This document shows, piece after piece, positions 1-7,188 of a DNA stretch of 44,082 bases. The stretch spans positions 1-44,082 of the forward strand of contig DAIDIT010000042.1 of the NCBI GenBank assembly GCA_027451705.1. Direction: 5' to 3'. Positions within the stretch are counted from its first letter, which is position 1, and the number at the start of each line of letters is the position of its first letter. The DNA is from Pseudomonadota bacterium (GTDB lineage: Bacteria > Myxococcota > Myxococcia > Myxococcales > JAKAPL01). Both the position numbers and the translations under genes were made by a program. Below the pieces are notes generated by a model. It was not told where the DNA came from, did not search any database, and saw nothing but the letters and a program-made list of their open reading frames with translations.

Positions 1-1350
1 CTTCGCGTTGGCCTCGCGTCGGTAGCGTGGGTCCTCGAGCAGCCTGGCGGCGTAGCGCCGGCTGTTGTCGACTCGCGCGGCCTCCAGGTCGGCGCCCGCG
101 TCGCTGGTGGTGGCCAGTATCCATTCGTCGATGGTGCGGGCGCCTACCGCCTCCATGCGCCGGTCGAGCTCGGCGAAGTAGCCCTGCATCCGCCCGTAGC
201 CCTTCGGCCGGAGGAGGTCGCTGCAGACGGTCACCGGGCAGAGGCCGAGGGCCACCGCGTCGGCGAAGTTCCGCTGGTCGATGCCCGCCGAGAAGGTGAT
301 CGGGAGTGCCCCGCCGAATGTCTCGCGGAAGCGGGCGACGAGCTGCATCGCGAGGACGTGGAGCGGCGGCCCCGACAGGTACATCTGCGCCTCGCCCGCG
401 GGAAGGAATCGGCTCTCGCCCGGAACGGGGTTCTCCACGATGAGCGTGTTTGTGAGCTTGACCCCGAAGCCGAGCCCCAGCGACGCGGCGCGGTCGCGGA
501 GCCGCCCGGTGAAGTCCACCGCGTGCTCCCAGCGCGTGTCGCGCTCGAACGCCAAGTCTGGGACTCGGTCGGCGTGGCCCAGGACGCCGTTGAGGATCCG
601 CCGCACCTCGGTGGCGCCCAGCAGCGTCGGGTTGAGCTTCACGATGCAGTGGAAGCCGTGCTCCGCTTGTAGCCATTCGATCATCCGCTCGATCTCTTCG
701 GGGGGGCAGCCGTGGAACGTCGAGAGCGTGAGGCTGTCGGCGAGATCCGTGCGGAAATCGAGGTCGCGCAGCCGGCGCCACGGTTCCGGGATCTCGCGCC
801 GCAGACGGTCGACGATCGGGCCCGCGTTCCGCATCCCATGCAGGAACGCCTGAACGCGCTCGCTCTGGATCCCGGCGAGGTCGTAGCCGGCGCTCACGTC
901 GAAGACGTAGCGCTCGAAGCCCGGGGCGAGGCCGAGGACGCCGCTCGCCGCGAGCAACTCGATGAGCATCGAGCCCTTGACGTACTCTGCCAGCGACTGC
1001 TCGAGCGTCAGCTCCTGCGACCACTCGACGTTGTAGCCCGCGGTCCGCATGTCGATGCAGGGGCGCGGGATCTTCAGCCGGTCCTGCACCTGGACGGTCT
1101 TGAGCTCGAAGATACGTGCCCCGCCGAGGAATCCAAGCACGAGGTTCTGAGCGAGCTGCGATTGCGGGCCGGCGGCGGGGCCGAGCGGCGTGGCCGCCGC
1201 GTGGCCATGGAAGCGGACGGAGAGGTCGCGTGCTCCGGGGCCGCGTACGAAGCGCCGCTCCGGGAGGTCGAAGATCGAGCCGTTCTGCGCAAGCTCGCGG
1301 AACATCCGCGTCACGAGCGCCGGGAATGGCGCGGGTACGAGATCCGCCAC
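1..1350 (-). CDS. ygfK: YgfK-like oxidoreductase, N-terminal dihydroorotate-dehydrogenase-like domain; 3' end lies outside the window
   Basis: Absent from the ORF track because no stop falls in the window. Manual translation from GTG at 1350 gives MADLVPAPF..., with motifs TPLGPAAGPQSQLAQN, FELKTVQ, PRPCID, YNVEWSQEL, TLSTFHGCPPEEIE, VKLNPTLLG and FGVKLTNTL that match the YgfK family. Confidence 0.85.
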   Translation of the reverse strand, partial: MADLVPAPFPALVTRMFRELAQNGSIFDLPERRFVRGPGARDLSVRFHGHAAATPLGPAAGPQSQLAQNLVLGFLGGARIFELKTVQVQDRLKIPRPCIDMRTAGYNVEWSQELTLEQSLAEYVKGSMLIELLAASGVLGLAPGFERYVFDVSAGYDLAGIQSERVQAFLHGMRNAGPIVDRLRREIPEPWRRLRDLDFRTDLADSLTLSTFHGCPPEEIERMIEWLQAEHGFHCIVKLNPTLLGATEVRRILNGVLGHADRVPDLAFERDTRWEHAVDFTGRLRDRAASLGLGFGVKLTNTLIVENPVPGESRFLPAGEAQMYLSGPPLHVLAMQLVARFRETFGGALPITFSAGIDQRNFADAVALGLCPVTVCSDLLRPKGYGRMQGYFAELDRRMEAVGARTIDEWILATTSDAGADLEAARVDNSRRYAARLLEDPRYRREANAK

Positions 1351-1430
1351 GCGTCCATCTAGCCGGTCTTCCGACGCGAATCAAAGCGGGACGGGTGATT
1401 TCGGAGTGCGCAGGGAGTACACTCCCCGCC

Positions 1431-4013
1431 GTGCGCCTCGAGGTGAACGGGCTCCTGCGGAACGTGGCGCCCGAGCCCGAGCGGACTCTGCTGTACGTCT
1501 TGCGCGAGGAACTCGGGCTCACCGGCGCCAAGTACGGCTGCGGGGAGGGCGAGTGCGGCATGTGCACGGTGCTGCTCGACGGACAGCCGGTCCATGCCTG
1601 CGTCACGAGGCTCGCGGAGGTCTCCGGGCGGAAAGTGACGACCATCGAGGGGCTCTCGGGCGACGGGTTACACCCCGTGCAGCGGGCGTTTCTCGAGGAA
1701 GGCGCCCTGCAATGCGGCTACTGCACGCCGGGGATGATACTCACGGCGTCGGCGCTGCTCGCGCGCAACCCCCGTCCCGACGACGCGGCGATCGCGGCAG
1801 CGCTCGAGGGAAACGTCTGCCGCTGTGGCGCCCACCCCCGCATCCTTCGCGCCGTGAAGCGGGCCGGTGCCGTGCCGGGGGCCGCGGTGGGTGAGGTGCC
1901 CCAGCAATCGCTCGAAGCGGACCCGACCGTGCCGTGGGACCAGCTCCAGCCGGGCGCCGCGCCGTACTTCGACGTCCTCGGGGAAGGGATCGTCGCCGTG
2001 GTCCCTCCCGGGCCGAGCCCGCGGGGACTGCCACGGGGGGGCGCCTGGGTCCACCTCGGGACCCGCGGAATGGCGACGGCGTTCACCGGGAAGATCGAGA
2101 TGGGGCAGGGCGCGCGGACCGGGCTCTCGCTGTTGGTCGCCGAGGAGCTGCGGCTGCCGCTCGAGGCGGTGCGCCTCGTCATGGGCGACACCGATGTCGT
2201 GCCGTGGGATGTGGGGACGTTCGGGAGCATGTCGACGGCAATCGCCGGGCAGGACCTGCGCGCGGCCGCGGCGGCGCTGCGGGAGCGGCTCGCGCTCCGG
2301 GCGGCCCGCCAGTGGGGGATCGACCGGAGTCGCCTCGACCTCGAGGGCGGCCTCGTGCGCGGCCCGGACGGGAGGACGGCCGCGTACCGGGCGCTGGTCG
2401 AGGGCCTTCGTGCGGTCGAGCAGGCGACAGGCGCACCGCCGCTCACGGCCGCGGAGGCGTGGACGGTCGCGGGCCGGGAGACGCCGATGCTCGGCCGGTA
2501 CGAGGCGGTGACGGGGAAAAAGCGCTTCCCGATCGACCTCGCCCGGCCGGACCTCTGGCACGGGCGCGTGCTGCGGCCGCCGGAGGTCGGGGCGAAGCTG
2601 CGGGGGGCCGACGTCTCCCTCGCGAAGGCGCTCGGCGCAACGGTCGTCCTGGAAGCCGGCTTCGTCGGGGTCGCCGCGCCGTCGCTCCACGAAGCGTCCG
2701 CCGCGCTCGCCGCGATCCGCGCCGACTGGGACTACACGCCCCAGCCCTCGGAGGGCGAGTTGGACGCGTTCCTGAGGTCGCACCCGATCGAGGGCAAGGG
2801 CTGGGAGGACAGCCCGGTCCACGACGTTGCCGGGGACAGCACCCGCGCGCTCGTGGCGTCGCCGCTGCGGGTCGAGGCGACCTACCGAACCGCGTACATC
2901 GCGCACGTGCCGGCCGAGGCGCGGTCTGCGATCGCGGAGTGGCGCGGGGAAAGGGTCTCGATCTGGACCGGGACGCAGCGACCCTTCGGAACGCGGGCGG
3001 CGGTCGCCGCGGCGCTCGGGATCCCCGATTCCCGCGTCCACGTCGTTGCGGGCGACATGGGTGACGGCTTCGGTGGAAAGCAGGGGGCCGACGCGCCGAT
3101 CGAGGCGGCGCGCCTGGCCCGGGCGGCGAAGCACCCGGTCAAGGTCGTCTGGGGGCGCGACGAGGAGACCGCGAGCGCCTACTTCCGGCCTGCCGCGCTC
3201 GTCGACGTCCGCGCCGGCGCCGGAAAGGACGGTCGCCTGCGCGCGTGGGAGCAGACGACGTGGAACGCCGGGGCGGCGGCGCTCTCGACCCCCTACGACG
3301 TCGCCGACCGGAGCGTGCACTTCCTGCCCGCCGAATCGCCGCTGCGGCAGGGGCCGTACCGATCGCTCGCGGCGGTCGCGAACAACTTCGCCCGCGAGTC
3401 GGCCATGGACGAGCTGGCCGCGGCGAGCGGGCTCGACCCGCTCGAGTTCCGGCTGCGCAACCTCGGCCACGACGACCGGCTCGCCGCAGTGCTGCGCGCC
3501 GCGGCGGAGCGGGCGGGTTGGAGTGGCCGGAGTGTCCGCGAGGGCGTCGGCTGGGGCCTCGCTTGCGGCTTCGAGAAGGGCGGCCGGGTCGCCACCTGCG
3601 CCGAGGTCGACGTCCGTGCCGGCCTCCGCGTCCTCAGACTCGTGACCGCATTCGACTGCGGTGCGATTGTCAACCCGGATGGCGTACGGGCGCAGGTCGA
3701 GGGGGCCGCGATCATGGGTCTCGGCGGTGCGCTGTTCGAGGCGATCCACTTCGAGAACGGGCGCATCCTGAACGGCAAACTGTCGCGCTACCGCGTCCCG
3801 CGCTTCTCGGACTTGCCGCAGATCGACGCCGTACTCGTCGGTCGGCCCGCCGCGCCGTCCGCCGGGGCGGGCGAGACGCCCATCATCGCGATCGCTCCCG
3901 CCATAGCGGCGGGCTGCTTCGCGGCGTCCGGGCGCCGCCTCCGGTCGCTCCCGCTGCTGGCCGAGTGGGACCCGTCGCGCCCGAGTTCCGAGCCTCACTT
4001 GCCGTCGAAGTAG
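1431..4013 (+). CDS. Molybdenum hydroxylase, fused (2Fe-2S) small subunit plus molybdopterin-binding large subunit (IorAB/nicotinate dehydrogenase-like)
   Basis: GTG at 1431 lies in frame within ORF 1116..4013. N-terminal GCGEGECGMC and QCGYC...CRC [2Fe-2S] motifs are followed by EMGQG, GDGFGGK, VRAQVEG and GAGETP MoCo-binding motifs. Confidence 0.9.
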   Translation: MRLEVNGLLRNVAPEPERTLLYVLREELGLTGAKYGCGEGECGMCTVLLDGQPVHACVTRLAEVSGRKVTTIEGLSGDGLHPVQRAFLEEGALQCGYCTPGMILTASALLARNPRPDDAAIAAALEGNVCRCGAHPRILRAVKRAGAVPGAAVGEVPQQSLEADPTVPWDQLQPGAAPYFDVLGEGIVAVVPPGPSPRGLPRGGAWVHLGTRGMATAFTGKIEMGQGARTGLSLLVAEELRLPLEAVRLVMGDTDVVPWDVGTFGSMSTAIAGQDLRAAAAALRERLALRAARQWGIDRSRLDLEGGLVRGPDGRTAAYRALVEGLRAVEQATGAPPLTAAEAWTVAGRETPMLGRYEAVTGKKRFPIDLARPDLWHGRVLRPPEVGAKLRGADVSLAKALGATVVLEAGFVGVAAPSLHEASAALAAIRADWDYTPQPSEGELDAFLRSHPIEGKGWEDSPVHDVAGDSTRALVASPLRVEATYRTAYIAHVPAEARSAIAEWRGERVSIWTGTQRPFGTRAAVAAALGIPDSRVHVVAGDMGDGFGGKQGADAPIEAARLARAAKHPVKVVWGRDEETASAYFRPAALVDVRAGAGKDGRLRAWEQTTWNAGAAALSTPYDVADRSVHFLPAESPLRQGPYRSLAAVANNFARESAMDELAAASGLDPLEFRLRNLGHDDRLAAVLRAAAERAGWSGRSVREGVGWGLACGFEKGGRVATCAEVDVRAGLRVLRLVTAFDCGAIVNPDGVRAQVEGAAIMGLGGALFEAIHFENGRILNGKLSRYRVPRFSDLPQIDAVLVGRPAAPSAGAGETPIIAIAPAIAAGCFAASGRRLRSLPLLAEWDPSRPSSEPHLPSK

Positions 4014-4618
4014 CCCGGGTATCCGTACTTCAGGGTGTCGGCGGTGAAGGTGTCCCCCTCCGACATCTTGTCCACGACGTACCAGCGCCCGTGGAACTGC
4101 CCGAGCAGGTACGCGGCCTTCTCGCCCGTGTAGTCGCCGCCTTCCTGGATCTGGTAGCTGTCCTCCGAGGTGTCGACGACGACCGTGCCGTGCACGGCGG
4201 GCGTGACCTTCTGGACCGTGAACGCCTTTAGGTAGAAGTTGTCCTTGGCCCAGTACCAGGGCGCCATGCTGTGGCGCTCCTCCCCGAGCCGCCGCTTCAC
4301 CTGGGCGATGGTCTCGAGGGTCTTCGGGTGGGTCAGCGCTCGGACCTCCTTCCACTTCTTGGCCTTGACGGCGTCGAGGTAGGTGACGAGGGTCGACTTC
4401 GCGGCGTCGAGCGTCGACTGATCGAGCTTCGGCGGCGGCTCCGTCGGCGCCGCCTCGGAGGGCGGCTTGGCGTGGTGGTGCTTGGGGGGGGGGACGGCGA
4501 CGTCCTCGTCGTCGTCGTCGTCCTTGGCGTTTGCCTGCGCCCGGGCCCTCTGCGCCGAGGCCACCAGGGTCAGCGCCGCGAGCGCGCTCGCGGCGATGCC
4601 GAATGCGGAGGTTCTCAT
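3995..4618 (-). CDS. Secreted hypothetical protein
   Basis: Signal peptide (MRTSAFGIAASALAALTLVASAQRARA), acidic/Pro linker, globular C-terminal part; host-like codon usage; clear upstream promoter. Confidence 0.8.
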   Translation of the reverse strand: MRTSAFGIAASALAALTLVASAQRARAQANAKDDDDDEDVAVPPPKHHHAKPPSEAAPTEPPPKLDQSTLDAAKSTLVTYLDAVKAKKWKEVRALTHPKTLETIAQVKRRLGEERHSMAPWYWAKDNFYLKAFTVQKVTPAVHGTVVVDTSEDSYQIQEGGDYTGEKAAYLLGQFHGRWYVVDKMSEGDTFTADTLKYGYPGYFDGK

Positions 4619-4626
4619 GGGAACGG

Positions 4627-4655
4627 ATCCTAGGAAGGCCTGCGCGAAGGGTCAA
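4627..4655 (-). promoter_or_regulatory. Sigma70-type promoter for 3995..4618 (probably leaderless transcript)
   Basis: Minus strand TTGACC-17 bp-TAGGAT, 8 nt before the ATG at 4618, with no SD sequence. Confidence 0.6.
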
Positions 4656-4768
4656 GGAAGACCCTTGCCGCAACCGCACCGGGGTTCCGCGGGCGGCCAA
4701 ATGACTCGTATCCGACGCTCAGCCCACGTATAAGCATGGGCCGTTTTCTCCACCGCGATCCGCAATCG

Positions 4769-6712
4769 ATGACCGAAGCTCACGACAGCCCCCCGGCAAC
4801 CTTCGAATCGCTCGGCCTGTCGCTGCGGGCGCTCGAGGCGGTGGCACACGCGGGCTTCGCGAGCCCGACCCCGATCCAGGCGCTCGCCATTCCTCCGGCG
4901 CTCGCCGGCCGCGACGTGATCGGCTGTGCCGCGACAGGGACGGGGAAAACCGCTGCCTTCGTGCTGCCGATGATCGAGCGCCTCGTCGGACGCCGGGGAA
5001 CGCGCGCGTTGATCCTCGCGCCGACGCGCGAGTTGGCGCTCCAGATCGGGACAGAGATCCGGAGGCTCGGCGCGCGGCGCGGCTTCGGGGCGACGGCGGT
5101 CGTCGGCGGACTGTCGTTCAGCGCGCAGGTCCAGGAGTTTCGGTACGGGAGGTCGGCGATCGTCGCCACGCCGGGCCGACTCGTCGACCATCTGGAGCGG
5201 CGCACCGTTCGCCTCGACCAGGTCGAATGCCTCGTCCTCGACGAGGCGGACCGGATGCTCGACATGGGCTTCGCGCCGCAACTCGAACGCATCCTGGCCG
5301 CGCTTCCGGCCCGCGACGGACGGCCGCGCCAGACGCTCCTCTTCTCGGCGACCATGGCTGGGGAGGTGGCCAAGTTCGCGTCCAGCCACCTCGTCGACCC
5401 GGTCCGCGTGGCGGCGAACCCGAGCGGCACCGCGGCGCCGCGGGTCGAACAGTGCGTCTACCTGGTGCCGCAGGGCGAGAAAACGGCGCTGCTGCTGGCG
5501 CTACTCGCCCGGGACGACGCCTCGACCCTGGTGTTCGCGCGAACCAAGCGGCGGGCCGATCGTCTGGCCGAGGCGCTCGTCCGTGCAGGGCACGCGGCCG
5601 CCTGCATCCACGCCGACCGATCGCAGCTCCAGCGGCGCCAGGCCCTGCAAGGGTTCTCGCGCGGGCACTACCGGATCCTCGTCGCGACCGACATCGCCGC
5701 GCGCGGCATCGACGTCGCGGACATCGGTCACGTCGTCAATTTCGATCTCCCGTTCGTGGCCGAGGACTACGTTCACAGGATCGGTCGCACCGCCCGCGCG
5801 GCCAAGAGCGGCCGGGCCTCGAGTTTCGTCTCCTCGGAGGACCTCGGTGCGCTCCGGGCAATCGAGCGCCTCCTTCGAGGGCCTGTTCGGCGTGGCGAGT
5901 TGCCGGCGGGAATCCGGGCGGAGACGGTTCGGGAGGCGGCGGTCCATCGGCCGGGGTCCGTGCGACCACAGCCGGGGAAGCACGCCGGCATCGGATCGAA
6001 GCACGGGCGGCAGCATCCGACCGGGCCAGGTCCGGGTCGGGAAAATCCGGGACGTCGGCAGGTACAGCCCGGGCCCAGCGATGGCCGGCGGCCGGATTGG
6101 GAGCGGCCGGCCCAGGGGAGGCCCTCGACTCGCTGGGCGCCGCGAGACGACACCTCCGGGTCGCCCATTCGCCATCCGCAATCCGGCGCCTCGCGGATTG
6201 ACGGGCGTCTTGGGCAAAGCGGCGACGCCGGGGCGAGATCCGGGTATCCCGACCGGGCGTCGCGTTGGCCCGCGCGCGGCGGTTCCGCTCGGATGGACCG
6301 CCCGTCCGCGGCCGCGCCGCCGGGCCGACCGGCCGATCGGCCGCGGCAGATGCCGGCGCCTCACCCGCCGGTGCGCGTTCGGGGAGAAGGCAGGTCCAGT
6401 CCGAAAGACCGGCGCTTCCCGCCGCGGCCGTCGAGCACCGCTGCTGCGGCAGCCGGAAAACCGGCCTCGCCCGCGAGACCCCCGCCCCTCCGGACGGCGG
6501 AAAGCGGGAAGCCGCGCCGCGACGATCGGCCCGGACGACCGACCGGACGTTCCGGCGAGCGCGGCCCGGCGTCGCCTCAGATCTGGCGCAATCCGGCGCA
6601 TCCGGGCGGGCAGAAGCCGGCGCCCGCGACCGACCGCGCGCGAAGCGGGACGAATCCCACCCGAGTCATGTCGCCGCGCCCGGGGACCTGGCGACCCCGC
6701 GGACAGCGCTGA
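4769..6712 (+). CDS. DEAD-box RNA helicase (RhlE-like) with long disordered C-terminal tail
   Basis: Q motif (PTPIQ), ATGTGKT, PTRELA, TPGRL, DEAD, SAT, ARGID and HRIGRTAR motifs. Alternative start at 4736. Confidence 0.95.
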   Translation: MTEAHDSPPATFESLGLSLRALEAVAHAGFASPTPIQALAIPPALAGRDVIGCAATGTGKTAAFVLPMIERLVGRRGTRALILAPTRELALQIGTEIRRLGARRGFGATAVVGGLSFSAQVQEFRYGRSAIVATPGRLVDHLERRTVRLDQVECLVLDEADRMLDMGFAPQLERILAALPARDGRPRQTLLFSATMAGEVAKFASSHLVDPVRVAANPSGTAAPRVEQCVYLVPQGEKTALLLALLARDDASTLVFARTKRRADRLAEALVRAGHAAACIHADRSQLQRRQALQGFSRGHYRILVATDIAARGIDVADIGHVVNFDLPFVAEDYVHRIGRTARAAKSGRASSFVSSEDLGALRAIERLLRGPVRRGELPAGIRAETVREAAVHRPGSVRPQPGKHAGIGSKHGRQHPTGPGPGRENPGRRQVQPGPSDGRRPDWERPAQGRPSTRWAPRDDTSGSPIRHPQSGASRIDGRLGQSGDAGARSGYPDRASRWPARGGSARMDRPSAAAPPGRPADRPRQMPAPHPPVRVRGEGRSSPKDRRFPPRPSSTAAAAAGKPASPARPPPLRTAESGKPRRDDRPGRPTGRSGERGPASPQIWRNPAHPGGQKPAPATDRARSGTNPTRVMSPRPGTWRPRGQR

Positions 6713-6730
6713 GGGGCCGAGGCCGCGCGC

Positions 6731-6773
6731 GAAAACGACGAAGCCGCCCCGGGCGGTACCCGGAGCGGCTTCG
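6731..6773 (-). terminator. Intrinsic terminator between convergent genes
   Basis: Minus strand CGAAGCCGC-T-CCGGG-taccg-CCCGG-G-GCGGCTTCG hairpin followed by TCGTTTTC. Confidence 0.7.
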
Positions 6774-6800
6774 AACAGCCCTCGAAGAAGGGGCGCCTGC

Positions 6801-6968
6801 TTACTTCTTGTCGGCCTTCTTGGCGGCGCCCTTCTCCTTCTTCTCGTGCTTCATCTTCTTCGCCTTCTTCTCCTTCTTGGCCTTGGCGGGCTTCTCCGCC
6901 TTCTCGCCCGCGAAGGCGTTGGCGGCGAAAGGAGTGGCGAGGGCGGCGATCAGCAGGAACTTCTTCAT
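6801..6968 (-). CDS. Small secreted Lys/Glu-rich protein (55 aa)
   Basis: MKKFLLIAALATPFAANAFA signal peptide followed by a low-complexity K/E/A tail; GGAGA SD upstream of ATG 6968; own terminator and promoter. Confidence 0.85.
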   Translation of the reverse strand: MKKFLLIAALATPFAANAFAGEKAEKPAKAKKEKKAKKMKHEKKEKGAAKKADKK

Positions 6969-7019
6969 GGCAGTTCTCCGGTTTGGGGTGGACAGTTCAT
7001 CCAACAATCATCCTAATCA

Positions 7020-7053
7020 AGCACGTCGCGTGCCACGGCCCAAGTTATTGAGT
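7020..7053 (-). promoter_or_regulatory. Sigma54 (-24/-12) promoter with adjacent IHF-like site
   Basis: Minus strand TGGCACGCGACGTGCT (GG-N10-GC) at 7020-7035; AT-rich ACTCAATAACTTG (IHF consensus WATCAANNNNTTR-like) at 7041-7053. Confidence 0.6.
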
Positions 7054-7188
7054 TCATTTGGAACTGATGGAAACGTCCCGGGGCGTTTCTCCTCACCCTG
7101 GGGCTCGCTGTCCCACTTCTCCCCGGCCTCGCACCCCAACCGGAAGAAGTGGACGGCGGCGGCGCTTTCGGCCTAAGAGTCGCCAGCG

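Noticed and set aside
27-1362. Plus-strand ORFs at the window start
   Set aside because: Antisense to the YgfK-like gene, which has clear family motifs.
1668-4700. 1010-aa minus-strand ORF and similar long ORFs (7149..10373, most of 10307..12865, 13443..16292, 19597..22110, 34009..36528, 39487..42690)
   Set aside because: Antisense or alternate-frame shadows of well-supported genes. They are Arg/Pro/Gly-rich, carry no motifs and are expected at high GC.
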